Shown piece by piece: positions 9,142 to 18,309 of a stretch of 60,737 bases of DNA; the first letter of the stretch is position 1; each line of letters begins with the position of its first letter. Below the pieces are notes generated by a model. That model was not told where the DNA came from, made no database searches, and saw only the letters and a program-made list of their open reading frames with translations. The translations under genes were made by a program, and so were the position numbers. This stretch comes from an uncultured Mollicutes bacterium (GTDB lineage Bacteria; Bacillota_I; Bacilli_A; ML615J-28; CAG-313): the NCBI GenBank assembly GCA_937875785.1, contig CALEGV010000007.1, positions 1 through 60,737 on the forward strand, read 5' to 3'.

Positions 9142-10351
9142 ATGAATCCTTGTATAACAATAGATGTTTCCAAGGAATCAAGCCATATTCAAGGCTTCTT
9201 AGATTTTGAAAAACAATTATCAAAACCTAAAAATTACTCATACTAAAGAAGGATTTGCTACTATTCTATCAATCTATAATCAAATAATAGAAAAGACAAA
9301 TATCATTCCGATAGTATATTTCGAATACACTGGTGTGTATCATAAAACTCTTGTTGCTTTCTTAAAAGAAAACAATATAGAGTTCCATCCAATTCCTCCT
9401 CTTGTTGCCGCAAAAGAAAGAAAATCAGATATAAGAAATAAGAAAACAGACACTAGAGACTGTAAAACTTTATCTTATGTCGTTTATAAAAACAAAACTA
9501 AAATATATTACGAACCTACAAAAGAAGAGAAAAAATTAAAAGATTTACAAAAGTATTACATGACTACTGAAAAACAATATCAAGAAATTACAGTTCATCT
9601 CTATGAGATGATTGATATAATTTATCCGTTTTATAAGTCTGTTTTAAGTGAATTTGATTGCAATACTTCTCTTAAACTACTTCAAAAGTATCCTCATCCA
9701 GATTTTGTTACTTCTCATAGAAAAGCAACTCTTATTAAAGATTTTAAAGAAATAACTGGTCATGGTGATGTTTATGCTACTAATGTAATAACTAAGCTTT
9801 TAGCTCTTATTGAAACAATTGTTCCAGGTTGTTCTAAAGATGACTTTGAAGTTGAAATGCTTAAAGATTATGCAACTCAAGCTTTATTCTATAAAACAAG
9901 GCTAAATAAAACTCTAGATGAGATGAATGAAATTATAAATGCTGATGAAGATAAAAAACGTTCTCTTGATTGCATAGATTCCATTCCAGGTATTGGTACA
10001 AACACCGCTTCTAGATTACTTGCAGAACTTTATAATCTTGAAAGATTTCATTCATATAAAGCATTAATTGCTTTTGCAGGTACTGATCCTAATATTGATC
10101 AATCAGGCAAAAAAGATGGCAAACATCTATCTATAACTAAATGTGGCAACAAACGACTTAGAACAATTTTATTTATGATGGTACGATCAATGGTTCGTAA
10201 TCGTATTCCAAAAAATCCTATAAAAGACTTTTATAAAAAGAAAACACAACTTGGTCTACCTCCCAAAGTTGTGTTAATAGCTTGCGTCAACAAATTACTC
10301 CATATAATTTATCAACTGAATAAAAATGGTGAAATTTTTATCTACCATTAG
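9142..10351 (+). pseudogene. IS110-family transposase, frameshifted in an A5 run near the 5' end
   Basis: ATG 9142 gives MNPCITIDVSKESSHIQGFLDFEKQLSKPK (the IDVSK first-Asp motif) and stops at 9244. The +1 frame (ORF 9206..10351) continues ITHTKEGFATIL... and carries the C-terminal IPGIGTNTASRLLAEL...SGKKDGKHLSITKCGNKRLR motifs. The shift is at A5, 9229-9233. Confidence 0.8.
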
Positions 10352-10520
10352 TATATCACAACTTTAAGTTTTTTTATCCTCTTTTTATAAAAAAGATGAA
10401 ACGAGGATTTTTTTGTCATGCGTTTAAGAAGAAAATAATTTTAATTTTTTTAATTAAAAATATATTGACTTCTCTTCAATCAATTATAACATTTTTCTAT
10501 TAAATAATCTATTAATATAG

Positions 10521-10560
10521 ATTAAATAAAAAGGTGAATCTACCAGAAGGTAAACTCACC
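10521..10560 (-). terminator. Terminator of the RHS-tip/immunity pair
   Basis: Stem 10533-10544 / 10549-10560 (10 of 12 paired) overlaps the TGA stop. Followed on the minus strand by tttttattt. Confidence 0.55.
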
Positions 10561-11050
10561 TAGTTTTTGCTTGTGAAAGTAATTTGCTATTATTTATTCT
10601 TTTGTTTTCTTTTCTAAATTTTCTTAATTGTTTTAACTCTTCCTTTTCTTTTTTGGTGAATTTAAACTCGTTATAATCAACAATTTCCCACCAAATAACA
10701 ACAATAAGGAAGTACAATATACTAACACCTAAAATGCATAGCATTATTATTATAAATACTTCTTTAGGAACTACACTTGTAATAAATCCATTAGCAAAGA
10801 TGTCAACAAATAATAAGATTAAACTAAGAATTGCTAATAGTAGAAATACATAAAATGGAACGATTTTAAAATAATTGCAAGGATAGTGTTCTTTGTCTTT
10901 AAATTTTATTATTTTTCTAAAAATCGAATCATCCTTAACTCTATATTTATATTTTAATTTAGTTGACATTGGTCTTCTTGTATCAAGACACATAGCAAAT
11001 GTTATTAATAAAATTGACCATATAGTTCCAACTAAATATAACAATTCCAT
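10556..11050 (-). CDS. Multi-pass membrane protein, candidate cognate immunity protein
   Basis: 164 aa, starts 10 nt after the toxin stop. At least 3 TM helices and a Lys-rich C-terminal tail. Position and size are typical of polymorphic-toxin immunity genes. Confidence 0.55.
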   Translation of the reverse strand: MELLYLVGTIWSILLITFAMCLDTRRPMSTKLKYKYRVKDDSIFRKIIKFKDKEHYPCNYFKIVPFYVFLLLAILSLILLFVDIFANGFITSVVPKEVFIIIMLCILGVSILYFLIVVIWWEIVDYNEFKFTKKEKEELKQLRKFRKENKRINNSKLLSQAKTR

Positions 11051-11060
11051 ATTTTTCCTC

Positions 11061-11960
11061 CTAGAATCCCCAATTAATTTGTCCTAAACCATAACTTGCT
11101 CCATATGTTGCAGCCGTTGTGCCCCAAATAATTAATGCACTTTTTGTAAAGTTTTGAGAAATAGATTTAGCAAGAGAATTTGCAACTCTACCTCCCCATA
11201 AGTTCATTACTTTTTGATAACCCGCACCTGTTCCATATTTATCAAATGCAGTTAAAATCGCCTTAACACCAGTTCTTCCAGTATCATCAAGATTACTTCC
11301 AATAGATTTAAAGTGTTGAGCACCTCTTCCACTAGCCAAGCCTCCCAACGCTCCTAATCCAGTTGCAATTAACGCACCAGACCAACTAAAGTCATCATGG
11401 AATACAGCCGAATCTAATGTGTATTGTGCCAATCCCATTCCAGCCCCAGCTGCAATAGAGCCTATTAAACCAATACCTGTATAAGCTAATGCTGTGGAGG
11501 CAACTGCAAATAATCCATCTACTCCAGCTTGAAGCCAATTTACATCACCATATTGAACATACTGACTAATTGCACTAGCTGTTGTACCAATAGCAAATGA
11601 CACAACCAATCCTACAATTAAAGAAATTGCAATATGTCCTGTAGGATCGTACTTATTAATGGGATCATTACCGCAGTAGCAATATAAATTCAATCCATTA
11701 ATACTTTCAGGGTCTAAATATTCGATTGAATCTGGTGAAATCCATCTACATAATTCAGGCGAATAATAGCGTGAGGATACCCAATAAAGCTGAGTTTCTT
11801 CATCATAATAATATCCCTTGTATCTGATTTTGTTGATATTTCCTATGAAACTTTCTTCTTTGTTTTCTTGGTTTGTACTATCTATTACCTTATGGTTTCC
11901 ATATCCATCATAGGTGATAGCTCTTGTGTTGGTGTTGTTTGATATATAATAAATACAAAT
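11061..11960 (-). CDS. Orphan RHS/YD-repeat C-terminal tip: last YD repeats, RHS core end and a glycine-zipper membrane toxin domain; no N-terminal body, no canonical start
   Basis: The frame is open from the stop at 11961-11963 and reads ITYDGYGNHKV...IRYKGYYYDEETQLYWVSSRYYSPELCRWISPDS...GLNLYCYCGNDPINKYDPTGH (RHS core hallmark). It is followed by ~190 aa rich in G/A/S with GxxxG runs (GIGLIGSIAAGAGMGLA, GLGALGGLASG). There is no in-frame ATG before the TTG at 11693. Confidence 0.8.
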   Translation of the reverse strand: MCIYYISNNTNTRAITYDGYGNHKVIDSTNQENKEESFIGNINKIRYKGYYYDEETQLYWVSSRYYSPELCRWISPDSIEYLDPESINGLNLYCYCGNDPINKYDPTGHIAISLIVGLVVSFAIGTTASAISQYVQYGDVNWLQAGVDGLFAVASTALAYTGIGLIGSIAAGAGMGLAQYTLDSAVFHDDFSWSGALIATGLGALGGLASGRGAQHFKSIGSNLDDTGRTGVKAILTAFDKYGTGAGYQKVMNLWGGRVANSLAKSISQNFTKSALIIWGTTAATYGASYGLGQINWGF

Positions 11961-12091
11961 TTATTCCCCATGATTCCATCGTTTACTTTTAGTGTTTTTA
12001 TTTCTCTTTTCCTTTCTTCCCCCAATGGATTGCATTCTAGCATAATTGAATTATTTTTTCAATTGTTTGTGTAATTTTTTACATAATGCCT

Positions 12092-12862
12092 TTATTTTGC
12101 ACATTCATACATAATGATACTTGCTGCAACACTTACATTCAAGGATTCAACATCATTTTTCATTGCAATTTTGATATTTTCATCCATAAGTGATAGTATA
12201 TCTTCAGACATCCCATTTGCTTCATTTCCAAAACAAATGGCGTATTTTTGAGGTGGTTTTATATCCTTTAATTCTTTTGCATTCTTTATACTTGTTCCAA
12301 AACATTTTATTTTATGATTTTTGCATAAAGGAATGATTTCTCTTAACTTACCTTGTACAATAGGTAGTTTAAACAATACTCCTTGCGTTGAACGAATAAC
12401 CTTTTCATTATATAAATCTACAGTATCTTCACTAAGGATTAAAACATCATATCCAAGAGCAGCAGTTGTCCTAACAATTGTCCCTAAATTACCTGGATCA
12501 TTTATCCGATCTAATATTACAATTCTTAAAGTATCCCTTTTGAAAATAGGGTGCAAAAGACTTATTGAGTGGTCTAACATCGTCACAATTCCCAAAACAT
12601 TTTGAGGATTTTTAGTGGTAGATAGTTTATCAATGATAGCATCAGTCACTAAATATTTTTCAATATTTTTAAATTTATTAAGGACATTTTTCTCAGTTGC
12701 AATAACTCCCTTCAAAAAAGGAGTTTTAGATGCCTCTTCTACTAAATGATATCCTTCAATCAAAAAAAGTCTTTCCTTATTTCTTGTTTTTTTATCTAGT
12801 AATGATAAAAAATATTTTATTTTTTCATTATGAACAGATGAAATTATTTTTACTTGCTCCAT
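12092..12862 (-). CDS. TrmH/SpoU-family RNA 2'-O-methyltransferase (RlmB-like)
   Basis: 256 aa. SpoU motifs ILDRINDPGNLGTIVRTTAALG, FGNEANGMS and SLNVSVAASIIMYE. Confidence 0.8.
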   Translation of the reverse strand: MEQVKIISSVHNEKIKYFLSLLDKKTRNKERLFLIEGYHLVEEASKTPFLKGVIATEKNVLNKFKNIEKYLVTDAIIDKLSTTKNPQNVLGIVTMLDHSISLLHPIFKRDTLRIVILDRINDPGNLGTIVRTTAALGYDVLILSEDTVDLYNEKVIRSTQGVLFKLPIVQGKLREIIPLCKNHKIKCFGTSIKNAKELKDIKPPQKYAICFGNEANGMSEDILSLMDENIKIAMKNDVESLNVSVAASIIMYECAK

Positions 12863-12934
12863 GTAAACTCCTATCTATCTTTTTATTTTATTCTATCAAA
12901 TTTAGCATTTTTTTGCAAGTATATGTATTTTTAA

Positions 12935-12972
12935 AAAACAAAAGGGTGCAATCTTTACTTTGCACCTTTTCA
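12935..12972 (-). terminator. Rho-independent terminator after the SASP gene (bidirectional shape)
   Basis: ggtgcaa (12945-12951) / ttgcacc (12960-12966), extended by A/T pairs. A T-run follows on the minus strand. Confidence 0.7.
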
Positions 12973-12980
12973 TTTGTTCA

Positions 12981-13190
12981 CTATTTGCCTTGTAAACTAG
13001 ATTGAGCCATAGATACTAAACGACGAGTGATTTCACCACCAACTGAACCGTTTTGACGTGCTGTTGCATCTGGGCCAAGGTTAACTCCTAATTCATTAGC
13101 AATTTCATATTTCATTTGGCTAATTGCGTTTTCAGAACCAGGTACTACTAATCTATTTTTAGAGTAAGATGAGTTATTCATTAATTTCAC
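12981..13190 (-). CDS. Alpha/beta-type small acid-soluble spore protein
   Basis: 69 aa. [23 protein letters not shown] and [12 protein letters not shown] are the two conserved SASP blocks. Confidence 0.9.
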   Translation of the reverse strand: MKLMNNSSYSKNRLVVPGSENAISQMKYEIANELGVNLGPDATARQNGSVGGEITRRLVSMAQSSLQGK

Positions 13191-13256
13191 CTCCTGTCAA
13201 AAATAGTATTTACGTTTTTTGAGAAATTATTATAAATTTCTTATGGTAATTAATGG

Positions 13257-14498
13257 TTAGAATAGTTCATTATCAATTTTTATTTGCTTGTCTTGATGAT
13301 ATAAAATATAGTCTATATGTTCATTGCTTTTGATAACAAAGGTTTTTGTATCGTTCACCGCTTGGTTTATCATTTTTATAAATTCAAACTTACTTTCTTC
13401 TATTTCTGCTTGTTTTATTTGTGGTTTAATTTGTGGATGTCTTGGAACAAAAACTGTACAACAATCTTCATATGGTCGAATAGAAATATCATATGTATCA
13501 ATACGTTTTGCTATATCAATAATGTCTTGTTTATCAAAGGTTGCAAGTGGCCTAATCACTGGTATTTTTACAACAGCTTCAATCGTTGCCATACTTTCAA
13601 GAGTTTGACTTGCTACTTGACCTACATTTTCTCCATTTACAATCGCTTGGGCATCAAATACTTGAGAAAGTTGCTCAGTAATTCGATACATCATTCTCCT
13701 CATAATGGTAATACAATAATCTTCACGACAAGAATCATAAATTGCTTTTTGAATCGTTGTAAAGGGAACAATATGTAAATGAATTTCTTGGTGTTCTGTG
13801 TAAGGAACAATCGTTTCTAATAGATCTATAACTTTTTGTACGGCTTGATCTGATGTATATGGTGGTGCAGCAAAATGAACTGCTTCTATACTTAAACCCT
13901 TTTTGACTGCCATATATCCCGCAACAATGCTATCAATTCCTCCTGATACCATTAACATTGTCTTTCCGAGTACGCCAGCAGGAAAACCACCAAGGCCTAG
14001 TTGAATATTGGTAAATAAAAATGTCCCCTCTTGTCGTACATCAAGAAATAATGTAAATTCAGGATGATGCATATCTGCTTTTAAATGAGGAATATTGATG
14101 AATAAATGTTTACTTACCTCTTTTGATATTTCTAAAGAGGTCATTGGAAATCCTTTATCCCCTCTATTGGTTTCCACCTTAAAGGTTTTTGCGCCCTTTT
14201 TTATCTCTTTTTCAACTAAACTTTGTGCCAACTTCTTAATCTCCCCCATATTTGATTCGCAGCGTGAGACCACACTGAATGAATAAATACCAGGAATTTT
14301 TTTTAAGATGTTACAGATTTTTTCTGCATTTTCTTGATGTAAAATAATATAAAATCTAAGTCCTCTACTTTCATATGTAAGATTTTTGAATGCTCTACAC
14401 GCTCTTTTGATATTTGAATTGATTTTATTGATGAATTGCTTACGATTAGATTTCTTTAAACTTAATTCACCGTATCTTATTAAAATATGATCTTCCAT
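13257..14498 (-). CDS. thiI: tRNA 4-thiouridine synthase ThiI (no rhodanese domain)
   Basis: 413 aa. N-terminal ferredoxin-like/THUMP region, then PP-loop MVSGGIDS. Confidence 0.85.
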   Translation of the reverse strand: MEDHILIRYGELSLKKSNRKQFINKINSNIKRACRAFKNLTYESRGLRFYIILHQENAEKICNILKKIPGIYSFSVVSRCESNMGEIKKLAQSLVEKEIKKGAKTFKVETNRGDKGFPMTSLEISKEVSKHLFINIPHLKADMHHPEFTLFLDVRQEGTFLFTNIQLGLGGFPAGVLGKTMLMVSGGIDSIVAGYMAVKKGLSIEAVHFAAPPYTSDQAVQKVIDLLETIVPYTEHQEIHLHIVPFTTIQKAIYDSCREDYCITIMRRMMYRITEQLSQVFDAQAIVNGENVGQVASQTLESMATIEAVVKIPVIRPLATFDKQDIIDIAKRIDTYDISIRPYEDCCTVFVPRHPQIKPQIKQAEIEESKFEFIKMINQAVNDTKTFVIKSNEHIDYILYHQDKQIKIDNELF

Positions 14499-14500
14499 CT

Positions 14501-15622
14501 TTATATCCTCTCCAATTGTTTTAATCCGTTTATCAATTGATCAATTTCTTCTCTTGTATTTTGCTCTGATAAACTAATACGTATCATATTGATTGCCCTT
14601 GTTTCATCTGACGTAATCGACATAATTGCTCTTTCTAATGTTTTTTGTCTTTCATTACAAGCTGAACCAATTCCTACATATATGTCTAATTGTTCCAAAT
14701 AGTGCATTGCTGTCTCACCCTTTACATGTTCAAAGCTGATACTTAATACATAAGGAGAATGCACTGTTTTTCCCTCATTTATCTTAATAAATGAAAAATT
14801 TTCTAATTTTTTTTTGAAATAACTGTTCAATTCTTTCACATAATAATAATGATAATTTAAATCTCGATACGCAAGACTGATTGCTTTTGATAAAGCAACA
14901 ATTCCAGCAACATCCATTGTACCTGCACGCATATTTTCTTGTTGGTGTCCACCTTTGATAATGGATTCAAAGCAAATGTTTTTATTAGCAATCAATAAAC
15001 CAGTTCCTTTTAACCCTCCAATTTTATGTGAGGTTAAAGTTAACATATCCACATCATTTTGATTAAAATTAAATGGCATTTTTCCGATTCCTTGAACAGC
15101 ATCAACATGAATTTTCGCATGAGATAGACAACGAATAGTTTGAATAATTTCATCTAGTGGCTGAATAGAACCAATAATATTGTTTACCCACATAATAGAT
15201 ATTAAAATCGTATCTTTGGTAATTGCTTCCTTTAACTCTTTAATATCAACTACTCCACCCACACATCTCAAATATGTAACACGAAATCCTTTTTTTTCCA
15301 AATCATTAAAGACATTGTAGACTGAAGGATGTTCAATCATTGTCGTTATAATATGTTTGTTTGCACCGATATATTTATTGCATATACCATATATTGCCAT
15401 ATTGTTTGCTTCAGTTGCACCAGAAGTATAATAAATTTTTTTTTCTTTCATATCTAGTGTATGTAATATTGTTTCTGATGCTTTATCAATATAATTTTTT
15501 GCGATAATTCCAAGTTTATGCATACTACTTGGATTATACCAAATATTGTTTGCAACTTTTTGATACACTTCAAGTACTTCTTTTTTAGGAATTGATGTTG
15601 CTGCACTATCAAAATAAATCAT
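14501..15622 (-). CDS. Cysteine desulfurase (NifS/NifZ/IscS class V aminotransferase)
   Basis: MIYFDSAATS start at 15622 after AAGGTGA; the track ORF start at 15700 is an upstream extension. PLP-Lys motif SHKIGG and active-site GSAC. Confidence 0.85.
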   Translation of the reverse strand: MIYFDSAATSIPKKEVLEVYQKVANNIWYNPSSMHKLGIIAKNYIDKASETILHTLDMKEKKIYYTSGATEANNMAIYGICNKYIGANKHIITTMIEHPSVYNVFNDLEKKGFRVTYLRCVGGVVDIKELKEAITKDTILISIMWVNNIIGSIQPLDEIIQTIRCLSHAKIHVDAVQGIGKMPFNFNQNDVDMLTLTSHKIGGLKGTGLLIANKNICFESIIKGGHQQENMRAGTMDVAGIVALSKAISLAYRDLNYHYYYVKELNSYFKKKLENFSFIKINEGKTVHSPYVLSISFEHVKGETAMHYLEQLDIYVGIGSACNERQKTLERAIMSITSDETRAINMIRISLSEQNTREEIDQLINGLKQLERI

Positions 15623-15716
15623 ATTATCACCTTTTTTCCTGTATATTATACTATAAAAGCAAAAGTTTTGCAAAGATTTAAAATATGTGTATAATAACAT
15701 TGTTAGGAGGATGTTT

Positions 15717-15977
15717 ATGAAACATATTGAATTTGTTCCTCACGGAGTATGCTCACGTTTAATTAGTTTTGATTTAAGTGATGATGGTCGTATTCATAAT
15801 CTTGGTTTTTTAGGTGGCTGTTCAGGTAATTTAAAAGCTATTTCCAAATTAGTTGAAGGTGCAGAAGCATCAAAAATAGCTCAAATACTTGAAGGCAATC
15901 AATGTGGTCCACGTCCTACAAGTTGTGCTGACCAACTATCTAAGGCGTTAATACAAGCAATCCATGAAAATAAATAA
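15717..15977 (+). CDS. TSCPD-domain protein (TIGR03905-like)
   Basis: ATG 15717 is 6 nt after AGGAGG. Contains GCSGNL and the eponymous TSCADQL motif. Confidence 0.7.
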   Translation: MKHIEFVPHGVCSRLISFDLSDDGRIHNLGFLGGCSGNLKAISKLVEGAEASKIAQILEGNQCGPRPTSCADQLSKALIQAIHENK

Positions 15978-16012
15978 GATAGGAAAGTTTTACTTTCCTA
16001 TCTGTTTTTTTT
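15978..16012 (+). terminator. Bidirectional terminator between convergent genes
   Basis: gataggaaagt-ttt-actttcctatc, an 11-bp perfect stem, then tgtttttttt. Confidence 0.85.
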
Positions 16013-16753
16013 ATATACATAACTATTTTTTATTTTACCAATACGTGTTAATACACCTATACTTGTTAATATATTTAAAGCTACACTTGCCTTTTTCATA
16101 GTCAAGTGCGTTATTTTAGCAAAATCAGTAGAAATAAAGGGCTCTGATAATCGATATTCATCAAGTAATTTTAAATAATCCTCTTGGTTTGTTAAATCAA
16201 TGATTCGTTCAATTTTTTTAGGGATTTGTACTTGTCTAATATATCCACTACTTCTAAAATGCTTTTTTTCCACACTTTGTCTGTATTCATCCATATCAAT
16301 CATTATAACTTTAAATGATAAATTGGGATGACTGAGATAACTTTTAATTTTATATAATTCATAAAAAATTTCCAATGGGTTTCCTGTTTTAGGAGACTTT
16401 TTTTGTGATACCAAACAACGATTTTCATCCAATTTAAAAATATTTTTATGATACGCTATGGGATATATAATAGTTACTTGATATTGTTTTAAAAATTCAT
16501 CTAGTTTTTCTCTTAAGGCATTAAAACTTCTTGTTTGAATTTCGTATATGGTCGTACCTATTTTGATATCCGCATATAGATATCCCTTTGTCAACTTTTG
16601 GACTTTAATTTCATGATATGCATCATTATTACAAAAAAAGTATTTTAGGGTCCGATGAAGAATTTTTTCTTTTTGAACACCTATAACTTGCGTATTTGCT
16701 TTATATTCAAGTGCTTTATGGTATGCTTCTTCAATAGTTAAATTATTTTCCAT
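15998..16753 (-). CDS. Hypothetical protein: possible PD-(D/E)XK-like N-terminal region plus C-terminal winged helix
   Basis: 251 aa. YADIKIG...IYEIQTRSF resembles CoiA/restriction-endonuclease-like cores. C-terminal ITHLTMKKASVALNILTSIGVL is HTH-like. Weak assignment. Confidence 0.3.
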   Translation of the reverse strand: MENNLTIEEAYHKALEYKANTQVIGVQKEKILHRTLKYFFCNNDAYHEIKVQKLTKGYLYADIKIGTTIYEIQTRSFNALREKLDEFLKQYQVTIIYPIAYHKNIFKLDENRCLVSQKKSPKTGNPLEIFYELYKIKSYLSHPNLSFKVIMIDMDEYRQSVEKKHFRSSGYIRQVQIPKKIERIIDLTNQEDYLKLLDEYRLSEPFISTDFAKITHLTMKKASVALNILTSIGVLTRIGKIKNSYVYKKNR

Positions 16754-17591
16754 AACTCTTTATCAACTTACCTGCAATTGCAAATAGGATAAAAATAATC
16801 AAATTCACAACAACAACGCTAGCACCAAAAGGATAATCGGTAAAAATAAAGAAAGTTATTAAGAACGAAAAAATAGAAATACAAGCACTAGAGATAATCA
16901 CTTTTTTAAATTTCTTAAAAACTTGCATTGATGAAAGAGCAGGAAAAATAATAATACTAGAAATTAATAGAGTACCCATAATTCTCATTCCAATCACGAT
17001 GGTTATTGCTGTTAAGGTGGCAAAAAGCATATTAAATAATTGTGTATGCACACCTGTGGCTTTGGCAAATGATTCATCAAATGTTACAGCAAAAATACGA
17101 TGATACAATAAAACAAACAAACTGAGCACGATACATGAAGTAATGAGCATAATGATAAAATCTTGCTTATTTGCAAATACAATACTTCCAAACATTAAAC
17201 TATTGATATCGGTTGTAAATCCACCATGTTTTAACGATCCCACTAAATATCCTATTGCAAGTGCCGAAGATGAAAACAGACCAATTGCAGCATCACTTTT
17301 CATTTTCTTGCTTTCCCCAATGCGCAAAAGAATATAAGCAGCGAGCATTACGAAAGGGATAACAATCAATAAAGGAGCATCTGTTAATCCTATACCAATT
17401 GCCACCGCATATACACCAAAACTAACATGACTTAATCCATCACCAATCATTGAATAACGCTTTAAAACTAGAACAACCCCTAAAATAGAAGCGGTAAGAG
17501 ATAAAAGAATACCAACAAATAAGGGATATTTAATAATATCAAAGTTATTGAAAAAATTATCCACAATTCCACTATTGAATATCATCTTCAT
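16743..17591 (-). CDS. Metal (Zn/Mn) ABC transporter permease, ABC-3 family
   Basis: 282 aa, multi-TM, ZnuB/TroD-like. Overlaps the ATPase gene. Confidence 0.8.
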   Translation of the reverse strand: MKMIFNSGIVDNFFNNFDIIKYPLFVGILLSLTASILGVVLVLKRYSMIGDGLSHVSFGVYAVAIGIGLTDAPLLIVIPFVMLAAYILLRIGESKKMKSDAAIGLFSSSALAIGYLVGSLKHGGFTTDINSLMFGSIVFANKQDFIIMLITSCIVLSLFVLLYHRIFAVTFDESFAKATGVHTQLFNMLFATLTAITIVIGMRIMGTLLISSIIIFPALSSMQVFKKFKKVIISSACISIFSFLITFFIFTDYPFGASVVVVNLIIFILFAIAGKLIKSYGK

Positions 17592-18309
17592 CTCCCCCTC
17601 CTACATTTAATTGATGCCTACTTAATACATATTCTTTTTTATAGTGATCAATATATTCTTTCGGATTACCACAAAACATACAATTTTGTGTTAAATGAAT
17701 CACTTTGGTCGCATGTTTTAAAATGTCTTCAATAAAGTGTGAAACAATAATAATTGTGACACCTAATTCCTGATTGATTTCATCTAATGTTTCATATAAT
17801 TGTTTAGCAGTTACACCGTCTAGTCCTGTAAAAGGTTCATCTAAAATAAGTAACTTGTCTGTTGCACAAAGTGCCCTAGCAAGTAAAACCCTTTGTTGCT
17901 GACCACCAGACAATTCACTAAATGAACGATTAGATAAATTTGTAATCTTAAGAATTTCCATTGTTTTTTTTGCTTTTTGCACTTCTTTTTTTCCATAAAA
18001 AGGACGACACCCAAGTCTATTTAAACATCCTGAACGAACAACTTCATAAACCGATGCTGGAAAATCTGCAAGATTGTCATTCTTTTGTGGAAGATATCCA
18101 ATGGAACGTTGTTTTAAATCATCACCAAATACAATTTCCCCTTTTATTTTAGGAAGAAGGCCAAGAATAGTTTTGACTAAAGTTGATTTTCCACTCCCAT
18201 TATCACCAAAAATGCACACATATTCCCCTTGATTAATCTCAAGATCAATATCTTTCAAGACAATATGATTATTATGACCAATGGTAAGATTCGAACATTT
18301 CAAAATCAT
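17572..18309 (-). CDS. Metal ABC transporter ATP-binding protein
   Basis: Walker A GDNGSGKST, signature LSGGQQQR, Walker B LLILDEP. Confidence 0.85.
   Translation of the reverse strand: MILKCSNLTIGHNNHIVLKDIDLEINQGEYVCIFGDNGSGKSTLVKTILGLLPKIKGEIVFGDDLKQRSIGYLPQKNDNLADFPASVYEVVRSGCLNRLGCRPFYGKKEVQKAKKTMEILKITNLSNRSFSELSGGQQQRVLLARALCATDKLLILDEPFTGLDGVTAKQLYETLDEINQELGVTIIIVSHFIEDILKHATKVIHLTQNCMFCGNPKEYIDHYKKEYVLSRHQLNVGGGDEDDIQ

Larger units (their letters stand above)
8868..10527 (+). mobile_element. IS110-family insertion sequence (coordinates are an outer bracket; exact ends not determinable here)
   Basis: Single DEDD/IS110-type transposase gene in opposite orientation to all neighbours, between the immunity-gene terminator (10521-10560) and the operon promoter (8839-8867). 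A long non-coding left part and no terminal inverted repeats are typical of IS110. Confidence 0.6.

Noticed and set aside
10440-10530. Plus-strand TTGACT...TATAAC promoter-like sequence and A/T palindrome (about 10499-10530) right of the IS110 transposase
   Set aside because: The spacer is only about 14 nt, and there is no downstream plus-strand gene. An A/T-only palindrome is common in this composition. It may belong to the IS right end, but this cannot be shown.
14501-15700. N-terminally extended ORF-track starts (cysteine desulfurase 15700, TSCPD 15687, ZnuA-like 19370, XRE-TM 22473, Hsp20 24021, Wzx 26635, UppP 39583, OadB 46471, OadG-like 47687, IbrA-like 53770)
   Set aside because: Internal ATG codons with proper Shine-Dalgarno spacing and family-typical N-termini fit better. 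The extensions often overlap neighbouring genes.
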